Assembly: GCA_034521935.1 (NCBI GenBank)
Contig: JAXHLV010000006.1
Location: 251,550-315,549, forward strand
DNA from: Roseovarius sp.
GTDB lineage: Bacteria > Pseudomonadota > Alphaproteobacteria > Rhodobacterales > Rhodobacteraceae
DNA: 64,000 nucleotides
Direction: 5' to 3'
Every line of letters begins with the position of its first letter. Within the stretch, counting starts at the first letter, position 1. A model generated the notes under the pieces. The model searched no databases. It was not told the DNA's origin and was given only the letters and a program-made list of their open reading frames with translations. Of this stretch, positions 1 to 10,460 are shown piece after piece. The position numbers and the translations under genes were made by a program.

Positions 1-494
1 CGACCCGCCAGCCCGTCCCAGAGGTCGGGATCGTCGGCCAGATCGCCATTGGCCGTGACCGTGGCCGTGACCGTGACGCGCGCGGGGCCGGGCCGCGCCA
101 CCGCCAGCGTGCCGCCGCGCGGCAGCGCCTGCGCCGCGCACAGCACCGCCAGCGCCACGGGCTGCGCATCGGCGCGCGCGAGCGGACCGTCGAGCGCCCA
201 GTCGAGGCCCAGCCGGGGGCGCGCGGCGAGGTGGCCGCGCACGATACCGCCAAGCGCACGGGCGTCGAGCGTCTCGCCCGCGTCCGAGCGCCCGAAGGCG
301 AGGCGCAGCATTTCCAGCGTGGCGCGCGCGCCGGTGAGGCTGTCGCGCAGGAGCGTCATCTCGTCGGGCCCGGCCCCGCCCGGCACGTCCGCGATGAATT
401 CCAGCCCGGTCAGCGCCGCGCCGACAGGGCTTGCGAGATCGTGGCAGATGCGCGAGCTTGCAAGGGCCGCGAGCTGGGGTTCATCAGGTGGCAT
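1..494 (-). CDS. chpT: Histidine phosphotransferase ChpT (runs off the window's left edge)
   Basis: Manual translation from ATG at 494 gives MPPDEPQLAALASSRICHDLASPVGAA, the SRICHDL phospho-His motif. Not in the ORF track because it is truncated by the window. Confidence 0.85.
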   Translation of the reverse strand, partial: MPPDEPQLAALASSRICHDLASPVGAALTGLEFIADVPGGAGPDEMTLLRDSLTGARATLEMLRLAFGRSDAGETLDARALGGIVRGHLAARPRLGLDWALDGPLARADAQPVALAVLCAAQALPRGGTLAVARPGPARVTVTATVTANGDLADDPDLWDGLAG

Positions 495-520
495 GGCAAG
501 GACCGTAAACGAGGCAGGAC

Positions 521-703
521 ATGACCGAGATGAACGCGCTGCTGGAGCCGGGAATGCTGGTGGAAAACCCGGCGCGCCCCGATTGGGGGGTGGGGCAGGT
601 GCAATCCAATATCGGCGGGCGCATCACGGTGAACTTTCGCGAGGAGGGCAAGGTAGTGATCAACGGCAACCGCGTGACGCTGTTGCCTGTCCTTGATCGC
701 TGA
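521..703 (+). CDS. DUF3553-like small protein
   Basis: 60 aa with LLEPGMLV..P.RPDWGVGQVQSNIGGRITVNF; divergent from chpT; AGGA RBS. Confidence 0.75.
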   Translation: MTEMNALLEPGMLVENPARPDWGVGQVQSNIGGRITVNFREEGKVVINGNRVTLLPVLDR

Positions 704-709
704 TCGCGG

Positions 710-724
710 TTAGCAATTCGTTAA
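710..724. promoter_or_regulatory. Possible CtrA box (TTAG-N7-TTAA)
   Basis: One mismatch to TTAA-N7-TTAA in an otherwise GC-rich intergenic region near chpT. Confidence 0.35.
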
Positions 725-800
725 ATTCAGGGTATCACGGCGGCGGCGCTGCGACCAGCGCCGCGTTGCAACCGGGCGCGCGCCTGCGTAGAAACCGGAT

Positions 801-907
801 CAGAGCGTGTCGCGTTCCTTTGCAGTCACGCGATCCGCTCTGACGGTTTGATTTCGCATGTTCGAGGAGCTCAAAACCGGTTCCGACTTTTGAGCAACAT
901 GCTCCAG
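801..907. repeat. RIME/BruRS-like double-palindrome intergenic repeat, copy 1
   Basis: agagcgtgtcgcgt..acgcgatccgctct plus ctcaaaaccggttccgacttttgag; similar to 49213-49317 and 63210-63330. Confidence 0.75.
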
Positions 908-927
908 GCGCAACAGAGACGAGGCCG

Positions 928-1695
928 ATGACCGCACCCGCCCCCCGCTTTTGTGTCGAGCTTGCGCGCGAGCCCGCCGATATCGAGGCCGCGCAGAGGC
1001 TGCGCTACGCGGTGTTCGTCGAGGAGTTGGGGGGCGATGGCCCGCTTGTCGATCACGAGGCAAAGCTGGAGCGTGACCGGTTCGACCCGTTCTTCGATCA
1101 CCTGATCCTGCGCGACCGCGCGCAGGGCGGTGCGGTGGTCGGCGTCTACCGCCTGTTGGGGAACGAGGCCGCCGCGCGCGCCGGGCAGTTCTATTCCGAG
1201 GATGAATACGATCTCGCGCCCCTGCGCAGCAGCGGGCGGCGGCTGCTGGAACTGGGCCGCTCCTGCGTGGCGCGGCCCTATCGCGGTGGCGAGGCGCTCT
1301 ATCACCTGTGGCAGGGGCTGGCGCGCTATGTCGCGCGCCACGATATCGAGGTGCTGTTCGGCGTAGCGAGCTTTCACGGCACCGATGTGGCGGCGTTGGC
1401 ACAGCCGCTGTCGCTCTTGCACCACCGCCACCTCGCCCCGCCCGCGCTGCGGGTGCGGGCGCGCGCGGCGCATTTCCAGCCAATGGACCTGGTGCCAGAA
1501 GAGGCGCTCGACCGGGCCGTGGCCATGCGCGAGGTGCCCGCGCTCATCAAGGCCTATCTGCGGCTCGGCGGCTGCGTCGGCGAGGGGGCCTATGTGGATC
1601 ACGCTTTCAACACCACCGATGTCTGCCTGTTGATGGATACCGCGCATCTCAGCGCGCAGCAGCGCGCGCGTTACACGCGCGCAGAGCACCGGTGA
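928..1695 (+). CDS. olsB: Ornithine N-acyltransferase (GNAT), ornithine lipid synthesis
   Basis: AQRLRY.VF.EE, DRFDPFFDHL, ELGRSCV, PALIKAYLRLG motifs; coupled to an acyltransferase. Confidence 0.85.
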   Translation: MTAPAPRFCVELAREPADIEAAQRLRYAVFVEELGGDGPLVDHEAKLERDRFDPFFDHLILRDRAQGGAVVGVYRLLGNEAAARAGQFYSEDEYDLAPLRSSGRRLLELGRSCVARPYRGGEALYHLWQGLARYVARHDIEVLFGVASFHGTDVAALAQPLSLLHHRHLAPPALRVRARAAHFQPMDLVPEEALDRAVAMREVPALIKAYLRLGGCVGEGAYVDHAFNTTDVCLLMDTAHLSAQQRARYTRAEHR

Positions 1696-2516
1696 GCGTC
1701 ACCTGGCAATCACCCGCGCCGCCGCCCGTGATGTCGCGCGCGCCCGGGCACTGGCGGCGGGTGATCTGGCGGGGCGGGCGGATCGCGCTGGTGATCGGCG
1801 CAGGCGTGCTGGCCACGCTGGCGCTGCGGCTGGCAGAGCGGCCCCTTCATGGCGTGGCACGGCCCTGGACGCCTTTGATCACCCAATGGGTGTGCCGCCG
1901 GGTGCTGGCGATCCTGCGCATCGGCCACGTGGTCGAGGGCACGCCCCTGCGCGGCCCCGGCGCGGTGGTGGCCAACCATTCCTCATGGCTCGATATCTTT
2001 GCGCTCAATGCAGTGGGGCGCGTGTATTTCGTGTCCAAGGCCGAAGTGGCGGGCTGGCCCGGCATCGGCTTTCTGGCGCGACTCACCGGCACGGTCTTCA
2101 TCACCCGCGACCCGCGCGCGGCGCGGGCGCACACGGCGCTGTTGCACGAACGGCTGGCGGCGGGACAGCGGCTCTTGTTCTTCCCCGAGGGGACGAGCAC
2201 CGACGGGATGCGCGTCCGCCCGTTCAAATCGACGCTCTTCCAGGCGCTGTGCGAGGCCGGCGGGGAGGACGCGCGGGTGCAGCCGGTCACGCTGGTTTAC
2301 GAGGCCCCGACAGGGGCCGATCCACGGGCCTATGGCTGGTGGGGGGATATGGAATTCGGCGATCACCTGCTCGCGGTGCTGGGGATGCCTCGACAGGGCC
2401 GGGTGCGCGTCATCTGCCACGCGGCCCTGCCGCTCGATGGCGGGCGCAAGGCGCTGGCGGTGGCCTGCGAACGCGCCGTGCGCGCGGGGATGCCCGAGGA
2501 CCGGCGCGGGATGTGA
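1692..2516 (+). CDS. olsA: Lyso-ornithine lipid O-acyltransferase (PlsC family)
   Basis: NHSSWLD and FFPEGTS motifs; GTG start overlaps the olsB stop. Confidence 0.8.
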   Translation: MSVTWQSPAPPPVMSRAPGHWRRVIWRGGRIALVIGAGVLATLALRLAERPLHGVARPWTPLITQWVCRRVLAILRIGHVVEGTPLRGPGAVVANHSSWLDIFALNAVGRVYFVSKAEVAGWPGIGFLARLTGTVFITRDPRAARAHTALLHERLAAGQRLLFFPEGTSTDGMRVRPFKSTLFQALCEAGGEDARVQPVTLVYEAPTGADPRAYGWWGDMEFGDHLLAVLGMPRQGRVRVICHAALPLDGGRKALAVACERAVRAGMPEDRRGM

Positions 2517-2522
2517 GGGCGA

Positions 2523-2600
2523 TTGGGTTGGAGGGGACGGTCGACACAATGCCCCGGCGCGGCTTGTTTCTCTGGCCCCACCGTCCCCTTCGGCCCAAAC
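2523..2600. repeat. Long hairpin between convergent genes (gaggggacggt...accgtccccttc)
   Basis: Inverted repeat whose arms resemble those at 17490-17550. Confidence 0.5.
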
Positions 2601-2619
2601 CCCGCCCCGCCGCGCCATC

Positions 2620-3240
2620 CTATCCCATCGCCGCGATGAGCCGCGCAAGCGCCGCGCCCGCATCCTCCTCGCGCCAGATTTCCTCGCCGAAGGCGAGAAA
2701 ATCAGCCACCGGCGCGAGCGAGGCGACTGCCGCCTCGTCAAGCGCACCCTCGGCCACCACCGGCAGTTCGATCATCTCCGACCACCACTCGAACACCTCG
2801 CGCGCCACCCGCTCGCCTGTGCCGAGCGCGGTCTCTCCTGCGGGGCCGAAGGCCACGTAATCGGCCCCCGCCTCGCCCGCGCTCATCCCGTCATGGCGCG
2901 AGGTGCCGCAGAACGCGCCGACGATGGCGTCGCCCCCGAGCGCCCCCCGCGCCGCGCGCACCCCGCGCGCGCCGTCCGGCAGGTGCACGCCGTCGAGGCC
3001 CAACCGCTCCACAAGGCCCACATGCCGCTCGATCACCACCGCCACGTCGCGGGCATGGGCCACCTCGCGGCAGGCCTCGGCGGCACTGGCCACGGTGTAT
3101 TCGTCGTTTGAGCCAAGCGCCACGCGCAGGCAGGCCACGGGATGCGCGTCGAGCACCGCCCCGAGCCGGTCGGCAAAGGGCGCGGGATCGAACGCGGGGG
3201 GCGTGACGAGGTAGATCTGCGGCTGCTGTTCTTGGCTCAT
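2620..3240 (-). CDS. Thiamine phosphate synthase family protein
   Basis: QIYLVTPP, LGLDGVHL, AGADYVAFGP, WWSEMIELPVVAEG motifs. Confidence 0.8.
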   Translation of the reverse strand: MSQEQQPQIYLVTPPAFDPAPFADRLGAVLDAHPVACLRVALGSNDEYTVASAAEACREVAHARDVAVVIERHVGLVERLGLDGVHLPDGARGVRAARGALGGDAIVGAFCGTSRHDGMSAGEAGADYVAFGPAGETALGTGERVAREVFEWWSEMIELPVVAEGALDEAAVASLAPVADFLAFGEEIWREEDAGAALARLIAAMG

Positions 3241-3389
3241 GGGGCGGCTCCGGTCTGGTCTGGCGGCTGTCTTAGCGGGGAATCGCGGGCTTGGCCATGA
3301 CCCTGCGCCGCAACGCCCGCGTGAAATCGGCACTGGCACGCGGCTGCGCGCGCACCTATTCTCGGGGCCAAGGGACAAAGGGGCGGTGC

Positions 3390-4802
3390 GTGGCGATTGC
3401 AGGGCTGGCCGAGGGGCTGATACGCGAGATCGAAGGGATGGGCGCGCGCGTCTCGGGTGCGCTTTTCGAGCCGGTGATCCGGCTGGGCGTCACGGGCCTT
3501 GCCCGCGCGGGCAAGACCGTGTTCATCACCTCGCTTGTCGCCAACCTGCTGGAACGCGGGCGCATGGGCGGGCTTGCGGCGGCGAACGAGGGGCGCATCC
3601 TCGCCGCCTACCTTCAGCCGCAGCCCGATGTCACCCTGCCGCGCTTCGATTTCGAGACGCATCTGGCGGCCCTCACCGGCCCCGAGCCGCGCTGGCCCGA
3701 GAGCACGCGCGCGGTGTCGGAATTGCGCCTGTCGCTGCGGGTGCGACCTTCGGGGATGCTGGCGGGGATGACCGGGCCGCGCACCGTGCATCTCGACATC
3801 GTGGACTATCCCGGCGAATGGCTGCTCGACCTCGCGCTGCTCGACAAGGACTACGCCGCTTGGTCGCGCGAGGCGCTCGCGCGGGCCGAGGGGCGCACCG
3901 AGGCCGATGGATGGCGCAAGGCGCTGGCGGGGATCGACCCGCAGGCGGCCCATGACGAGGCCCGCGCGCAGGGCCTTGCCGCCGCCTTCACCGCCTACCT
4001 GCGCGCCGCGCGCGCGAACGGCCACAGCGACTGCACGCCGGGGCGGTTCCTTCTGCCCGGCGATCTGGAGGGGGCGCCGGTGGTGACTTTCGCCCCCCTG
4101 CCCGAGGCCGGGGGCACGCCGCGCGGCAGCCTGCGCGCCGAGATGGCGCGCCGCTATGAGGCCTACAAGCGCGAGGTGGTCCGGCCCTTTTTCCGCGCGC
4201 ATTTCGCCCGGATCGACCGGCAGATCGTGCTGGTGGATTTGCTCGATGCGATCCATCAGGGCCCCCGCGCGGTGGAGGAGACGCGCCGCGCGATGGCCGA
4301 TATCCTTGGCACCTTCCGCCCCGGTCGCAACGCCTTTCTCACCCGGCTGATGCAGGGCCGCCGGGTGGAGCGGCTGCTCTTTGCCGCCACCAAGGCCGAC
4401 CATTTGCACCACGCACAGCACCCCCGCCTCGCCGCGATCATGGAGGCGATGCTGCGCGAGGCGCGCGACCGGGCGCAATTCGCCGGGGCCGATGTGCGCA
4501 GCATGGCCATCGCCGCCCTGCGCGCCACCGTCGAGGAGACACGCCGCCACGCGGGCCGCGAGGTCGAGGTTGTGCGTGGCCGCGTGGCCGGGGGCGGGCA
4601 GGCGGCGTTCCATCCCGGCGAGCTGCCCGGCGACCCGGCGGCGATCCTGTCGCCCGCGCGCGAGGGGGCGGAACGCTGGCCCGACTTTGATTTCGGCGCG
4701 CAGCGCTTTGCGCCCGCCAAGCTCAGCCTGCGCCCCGGCGAGGGGCCGCCGCATATCCGGCTCGACCGCGCGGCACAGTTCCTGATCGGGGACCGGTTGT
4801 GA
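3390..4802 (+). CDS. ycjX: YcjX family P-loop NTPase
   Basis: RLGVTGLARAGKTVFITSL, DIVDYPGEWLLDL, ATKADH, HIRLDRA.QFLIGD.L. Confidence 0.9.
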   Translation: MAIAGLAEGLIREIEGMGARVSGALFEPVIRLGVTGLARAGKTVFITSLVANLLERGRMGGLAAANEGRILAAYLQPQPDVTLPRFDFETHLAALTGPEPRWPESTRAVSELRLSLRVRPSGMLAGMTGPRTVHLDIVDYPGEWLLDLALLDKDYAAWSREALARAEGRTEADGWRKALAGIDPQAAHDEARAQGLAAAFTAYLRAARANGHSDCTPGRFLLPGDLEGAPVVTFAPLPEAGGTPRGSLRAEMARRYEAYKREVVRPFFRAHFARIDRQIVLVDLLDAIHQGPRAVEETRRAMADILGTFRPGRNAFLTRLMQGRRVERLLFAATKADHLHHAQHPRLAAIMEAMLREARDRAQFAGADVRSMAIAALRATVEETRRHAGREVEVVRGRVAGGGQAAFHPGELPGDPAAILSPAREGAERWPDFDFGAQRFAPAKLSLRPGEGPPHIRLDRAAQFLIGDRL

Positions 4803-5245
4803 GGCTCTCACGCGCCCGGATTTGGCAGGTGCCGCGGCTCGCCGCGATCCTCTGGGCGCATACGCGCGCCGCGCGCGCGCAGCCTTGCGCGCGCAGCCGG
4901 GCCGATGACCTGGCGCTTTTGTGGCGGGTCACATGGCGGGGCCGGGTGCGGGTGGCGCATGTGCAAGGGCGGATCGCGGGGTTCGTGCTGCGTGATGGCG
5001 CCCGCCTCCATGCGCTTTACGTGGCCCCCAACCGGCGCGGGCAGGGGGTGGGCCGCGCATTGCTGGCCGAGGCGCAGGCCCAGGCGGGCGCGCTCGACCT
5101 GTGGGTGCTGGCCGACAACCTGCCCGCGCGCCGCTTTTACCGGGGTGCGGGCTTTGCCGAGGCCGCCCACGCACAGGGCGGCGGCAATGACGAGGGGCTG
5201 CGGGATATCCGCATGGTCTGGCACAGCAAGGAGGCAGGGGCATGA
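4799..5245 (+). CDS. GNAT family N-acetyltransferase
   Basis: LYVAP..RGQGVGRALL and N.PARRFY motifs; overlaps both neighbours. Confidence 0.75.
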   Translation: MRLSRARIWQVPRLAAILWAHTRAARAQPCARSRADDLALLWRVTWRGRVRVAHVQGRIAGFVLRDGARLHALYVAPNRRGQGVGRALLAEAQAQAGALDLWVLADNLPARRFYRGAGFAEAAHAQGGGNDEGLRDIRMVWHSKEAGA

Positions 5246-6237
5246 GCAAGGGGCCGGTTCTGATCGAGATCGAGGACCACGAGGAGGCCGCGCCCGACCG
5301 CGCACCGCCGGTGCCCGAAGACGCCGCGCCGCCCGAAGGCCGGGCGATGCGCGCGGCGATGGCCGGATTGGCGCGGCGGCCCTCGTGGCTGGCGCGCGCC
5401 TTCTGGGGGCTGGCGCTGGCGCTCATCGGCGTGGCGGTATCGGTCGCGGCGTGGGATTTCGCGATGTCGCTGCTGGAGCGGTCGCCGTGGCTGGGCCGGG
5501 CGGTGAGCGTGCTGGGCGTGGCGCTGCTGGCGGTGGCGGTGCTGATCGCGCTGCGCGAGGCGGCGGGGTTTGCCCGGCTGGGGCGGCTCGACGCGCTGCG
5601 CACGCAGGCCGACGCGGCGCAGGCCGAGGCCGATCTTGACGGCGCGCGCGCGGTGGTGGCCCGGCTCCGGCGGCTCTATGCGGGCCGCGCCGAGGCGGCG
5701 TGGGGGCTGGCACGGCTGGACGAGCGCGCGGGCGAGCAGGTGGATGCCGACGCGCTTCTGGCGCTGGCCGAGCGTGAGCTTCTGGCCCCGCTGGATGCGG
5801 CTGCCCTGCGCGAGGTCGAACTGGCGGCGCGGCAGGTGGCGGCGGTCACAGCACTTGTGCCGCTGGCGCTGGCCGACGTGGTGACCGCGCTGGTGGCCAA
5901 CCTGCGGATGATCCGCGCGGTGGCCACGATCTATGGCGGTCGCACCGGCACGCTGGGCGGCTGGCGTCTGGCGCGCGCGGTGGTGGCGCACCTGGTGGCC
6001 ACGGGGGCCGTGGCGGTGGGTGACGACATGATCAGCAGCGTGGCAGGGGGCGGAATGCTCTCGAAACTGTCGCGCCGTTTCGGCGAGGGGGTGGTCAACG
6101 GCGCGCTCACCGCGCGGGTGGGGCTCGCGGCGATGGAGCTGTGCCGCCCGCTGCCGCGCCTCGCGGTGCCACGCCCGACGGTGACGGGCGTGGTGCGGCG
6201 CGCGCTGACGGGGCTTTTCGCGCGCGGGGAGGGCTGA
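5242..6237 (+). CDS. ycjF: YcjF/TIGR01620 membrane protein
   Basis: Two TM helices; LSRRFGEGVVNGALTARVGLAAM..CRP. Confidence 0.85.
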   Translation: MSKGPVLIEIEDHEEAAPDRAPPVPEDAAPPEGRAMRAAMAGLARRPSWLARAFWGLALALIGVAVSVAAWDFAMSLLERSPWLGRAVSVLGVALLAVAVLIALREAAGFARLGRLDALRTQADAAQAEADLDGARAVVARLRRLYAGRAEAAWGLARLDERAGEQVDADALLALAERELLAPLDAAALREVELAARQVAAVTALVPLALADVVTALVANLRMIRAVATIYGGRTGTLGGWRLARAVVAHLVATGAVAVGDDMISSVAGGGMLSKLSRRFGEGVVNGALTARVGLAAMELCRPLPRLAVPRPTVTGVVRRALTGLFARGEG

Positions 6238-6241
6238 AACG

Positions 6242-8829
6242 GTGGACGCGGAGGTCTACCTCGGGATGATCGCGCTTGGCCTGCTGGGGCTGGTGGTGAT
6301 CGGGGTGCCGGCGCTGCTGGTCGGGCAGGCCCGCCTGCGCCGCCGGGTGGCGGCGCTCGAGGCGGCGCTGGGCGCGCGTGACACGCCGCAGGCGACGGCC
6401 AAGGCAGAGCCCGAGGCCACCCCCGCGCCCGACCCCGTGGCCGGGGCGCCCCGGCACGACCGAAAGCGCCGGGGCTGATGTCGCGCCTCCTCGGCTGGCT
6501 GCGGGCCAACTGGCCGGTGGCGGTGGCGGGCGTCTCGCTGGCGCTGGCGGGGGTGTTCCTCGTGCAATACGGCGTCGAGCAAGGCCTGCTCACGCCCGCG
6601 ATGCGGGTGTTGGCGGCGCTGGCTCTCGGCGCGGCGCTGGTGGTCGCGGGCGATGTGCTCCGGCGGCGGCACGGCGACGCGGCGGCGGTGCCCTCGGGGC
6701 TGGCGGGCGCGGGGCTGATCGTGCTCTTCGCCGCGGTGCTGGCGGCGCGCGCGCTTTACGGGCTGATCGGTCCGGGGCCGACGCTGGGCGCGCTGGTGGC
6801 GGTGGCGGCGCTGGCCGTGGTGCTGGGCTGGTTCCACGGCCCGGTGCTGAGCGCGCTGGGCCTGTCGGGCGCGGGCGCGGCCCCGTTCCTCGTGGGTGGC
6901 GAGAGTGCGGTGGCGTGGCTCTTCTACCCCTATTTCGCGCTGCTCGCGGTCGTGGGGTTGGCGGTCGATGCCGCGCGGGGCTGGCGCTGGCTGTCGTGGC
7001 TGGCGCTTGGCGTGGCGGGGACAGGTGCATCATTGCTCTATCAGGGCGACGTGGCGGCAGAGCATTTTCTCGGCTTCCTCGCGCTGGTCACGCTGACGGC
7101 GGTGCTGGTGCCCGGTGCCTCCGTGCCGCCGCGCCACCCCGCGCCGAGCCTCGGTCAACGGCTGCTGGCGGGCGGCGGAGACTGGCCCGCCCCGCCGGTC
7201 TGGCTCGCCGCCGCGACGGTGGCGGCGGCGAGCGCGGCTTGTGTGTTGGTGGCGGCCGAGGCCACCACGCCGCTGCTGGCATGGCTGGCGCTGGCGCTGC
7301 TGGCGGGCATGGGGGCGGCGCTCGCGCTTGGCACCCGCGACGCGCCGGGGATTGCCGATCTCACCGCGCTGCCGGTGACGGCGGCGCTGGCGCTGGTGGC
7401 GCTCGACGGCGACGCCGGCGGCCCCCTGCTCGCGGCCTTCCGCGCCGCGCGCCTGCCCGAGGCCCCGGCACCGCTTGCCGTCACCCTCCTGATAGCGGCA
7501 GGCGCGGTGTTGTCGCTCCTGTTCGCGTGGCGGATGCGGGGGGCGGGGCCAACCCCCGCGATCCTGTGGGCGCTGGGCGCGGCGCTGACCGGGCCGGGCG
7601 TGGCGATGGTGCTGGAGCTGACATGGCAGCCCGGTGCGGTTCTGGGCGGTTACGCCTGGGCGCTGCACATCATGGGGATGGCGGCGCTGATGGTGGCGCT
7701 GGCCGCGCGGGCCGCGCGTCAAGGCCCCGAGCCGCGCCTGCTGGCGGCGATTTTCGCGGGCGCGGCGCTCACCCTCATCGCGCTGGCGCTCTTCGTGGTG
7801 CTGAGCAAGGCGGCGCTGACGCTGGCGCTGGCGGTGATGGTGCTGGCCACGGCGCTCATCGACCGGCGGTTCGATCTGCCGCTGCTGGGGCTGGTGGCGC
7901 AGGCGGGTGTGGCGGTGATCGGCTACCGCCTGGTGATCGACCCCGGCCTCGGCTGGGCCGTTCACGACGCCACCCGGGCCGGTGTCGTGCTGGCGCATCT
8001 GGGGCCGCTCCTGCTGCTATCGGCGGCGTGGGGGCTGTTTGGCGCGCGGCAAAGGGCGATGACGCGCGGCGTGGTGGAAAGTGCCATCTGGTCCATCGCG
8101 GCGATCCTTCTGAGCGTGGTGCTCATGCGGCTCTTGGGCAAGATCGGTGCGATGGGCCATGCCGGGATCGGGCTCATGGCCACGGTGTGGCTGTCGGTGG
8201 CGCTGGCACAGCTCTGGCGGTTGCGCGGGGCGGGCGCGGGCTTGCGCGCGCTGCGGCTGGCGCTGGCGGTGGTCACGGGGGTGGTGGCGCTGGCGCTGCT
8301 GGCGGGGCAGGCGGTGCTGACCAACCCGCTCCTCCCGTTCATGTGGCGGCGCGAATTGGTGATCGGCCCGCCGGTCTTCGACAGCCTTGCCGCCGCCTAC
8401 CTGCCGGTGGCGCTGCTCCTCGCGGTGGCGGCGTGGCGGATGGACCACCTGCCGCGCTGGCTGGCCCGTGGGTTCGCGGTGGCGGGCGCGGCCTATGCCG
8501 CCTGGTATCTGGCGCTGGAAATCCGCCGCCTCTGGCAGGGCCGCGACCTGAGCGGGCCGGGGGTGCTGGAGGGCGAGCTTTACAGCTATACCGTGGCGTT
8601 GATGGCGGGGGCGCTGGGCTGCCTCGCGGTGGCTGTGCTGAGGCGTTCGGAAGGGTTGCGCCGGATCGCGATGGCGGGGGTGGCGCTCACCGTGGCCAAG
8701 GTCTTCGTGATCGACATGGGCGGGCTGGCGGGCCTGTGGCGGGTGGCGGCGTTCCTCGGGCTGGGGCTGTCGCTGGCCGCGCTCGCCTGGATCAACGCCC
8801 GGATCATCGAACGGATGGGGCACAAATAG
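6242..8829 (+). CDS. DUF2339-like polytopic membrane protein (apparent frameshift near 6440)
   Basis: 78-aa N-terminal ORF plus 783-aa ORF with FLVQYGVEQGLL.P..R and KVFVIDM.GL.GLWRVA.F motifs. Confidence 0.7.
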
Positions 8830-8904
8830 GCTGTCCGCTCCGGACCCGCTGGCCCTTGCCGTGAAAACCGAATATGCTGCACCGCAGAAAAATGCAGGTG
8901 CGGC

Positions 8905-10263
8905 ATGTCGGTTCTTCTCATTCTCGTGGTGCTCGGGGTTCTCATTGCGGGGGCTTGGGCGGGCGTGTCGGTGCTGGTGCTGGCCCCGGTGCTGGCCGCG
9001 CTGGCGGCGGCCCTGTCGGGCGCGCCGGTGCTGGCAGGCTACACGCAGATCTTCATGCAGGGGGCGGGGGGATTCGTGATCGCCTTCTTCCCGCTCTTCC
9101 TGCTGGGCGCGGTGTTTGGCCGGGTGATGGAAGTCTCGGGGGCCGCGCAGCGGATCGCGGCGGCGATCGCCGGGGCGCTTGGCGCGGGCAATGCGATCCT
9201 CGCGCTGGTCATGGCCTGCGCGGTGCTGACCTATGGCGGCGTATCGCTTTTCGTGGTGGCTTTTGCCGCCTGGCCGCTGGCGCGCGCGCTCTTTGCCGAG
9301 ACAGCACTCCCGGCGCGGCTGATCCCCGCGACCATTGCGCTCGGGGCGTTCACTTTTACCATGACGGCGCTGCCCGGCACGCCCGCGATCCAGAACGCGA
9401 TCCCGATGGCCACGTTCGGCACCACGCCCTTCGCCGCGCCGGGGCTGGGGATCGTCGCCGCGCTGGTGATGCTGGGCTTCGGCATGGTCTGGCTGCGGCT
9501 GCGTGCGCGCTGGCTGGCGGGCGAGGACGCGCCCGAGCGGCCCGAAGGCACGGCGGCGCGGGCTGTGTTGCCGCTCTGGCGCGCGGCGCTGCCGATCCTG
9601 TCGGTCGGGGTGGTGACGCTGGCGATGGGGGCCGCGATCCTGCCCGCGCTCGACACCGGCTACCTCGCGCGCCCGCTTTATGGCGAGACCGATCTGGCGC
9701 GGGTCAAGGGCCTGTGGTCGGTGATCTCCGCGCTGACGGTGGCTCTGCTGCTGGCGCTTGTCTTCGCGCGCCCGCCGCAGTTCATGGCAACGATCAACAC
9801 CGGGGCCGAGGCAGCACTCCTGCCGCTTTTCAACACCGCGAGCCTTGTGGGCTTCGGCGCGGTCATCGCCGCGCTGCCGGGCTTCGAGGTGCTGCGCGCC
9901 AGCCTCGACGGGCTGTCGGGCGGCAATGTGCTGGTGTCGGCGGCGCTCTCGTCTTCGGCGCTGGCGGGCATCACCGGCTCGGCCTCGGGCGGCATGTCGA
10001 TCGCGCTTGACGCGCTCGGACCTGCGATGCTGGCGCAGGCGGCGGCGCAAGGCGTCGATCCGGCGCTGCTGCACCGGGTGGTGGCCGTGGCGACCGGGGG
10101 GCTTGATACGCTGCCGCACAATGGCGCAGTGATCACGCTTCTGGGCATCTGCGGGATGAGCCACCGGCAGGCCTATGGCGATATCTTCATGGTCGCGGTC
10201 GTCGGGCCGGTTCTGGCCTGCGCGGTGATCATCGGGCTGGGGACGCTGCTGGGCGCGGTGTGA
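8905..10263 (+). CDS. GntP family permease (organic acid transporter)
   Basis: LTYGGVSLFVV, LPGTPAIQNAIP, GITGSASGG, DTLPHNGAVITLL. Confidence 0.85.
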   Translation: MSVLLILVVLGVLIAGAWAGVSVLVLAPVLAALAAALSGAPVLAGYTQIFMQGAGGFVIAFFPLFLLGAVFGRVMEVSGAAQRIAAAIAGALGAGNAILALVMACAVLTYGGVSLFVVAFAAWPLARALFAETALPARLIPATIALGAFTFTMTALPGTPAIQNAIPMATFGTTPFAAPGLGIVAALVMLGFGMVWLRLRARWLAGEDAPERPEGTAARAVLPLWRAALPILSVGVVTLAMGAAILPALDTGYLARPLYGETDLARVKGLWSVISALTVALLLALVFARPPQFMATINTGAEAALLPLFNTASLVGFGAVIAALPGFEVLRASLDGLSGGNVLVSAALSSSALAGITGSASGGMSIALDALGPAMLAQAAAQGVDPALLHRVVAVATGGLDTLPHNGAVITLLGICGMSHRQAYGDIFMVAVVGPVLACAVIIGLGTLLGAV

Positions 10264-10391
10264 GCCGGGGGGCGACACGAAATGATGTGCGGTGCGGCGC
10301 GAGGGAATGGGCGGGTTTTGGCCTGATGCGGACGTTCAAGGCTCAGCCCCCTTGCGCGGAATCAAGGTGCCGCAAGGCACCGCCGCGCAGC

Positions 10392-10424
10392 GGTCATGCC
10401 AGAGGCATGCCTCCGGCATGACCC
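10392..10424. repeat. Palindrome ggtcatgccagaggcatgcctccggcatgacc
   Basis: Near-perfect inverted repeat in a hairpin-rich spacer next to the IS remnant. Confidence 0.5.
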
Positions 10425-10460
10425 GCCCCCCGGGCGGGCGCTATTCGACGTTACAAGTTA

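Noticed and set aside
8017-10278. Very long antisense or alternative-frame ORFs (also 42667-45171, 52284-54389 and 6378-8864)
   Set aside because: They are Arg/Ala/Gly-rich shadow frames expected at high GC, and they overlap well-supported genes.
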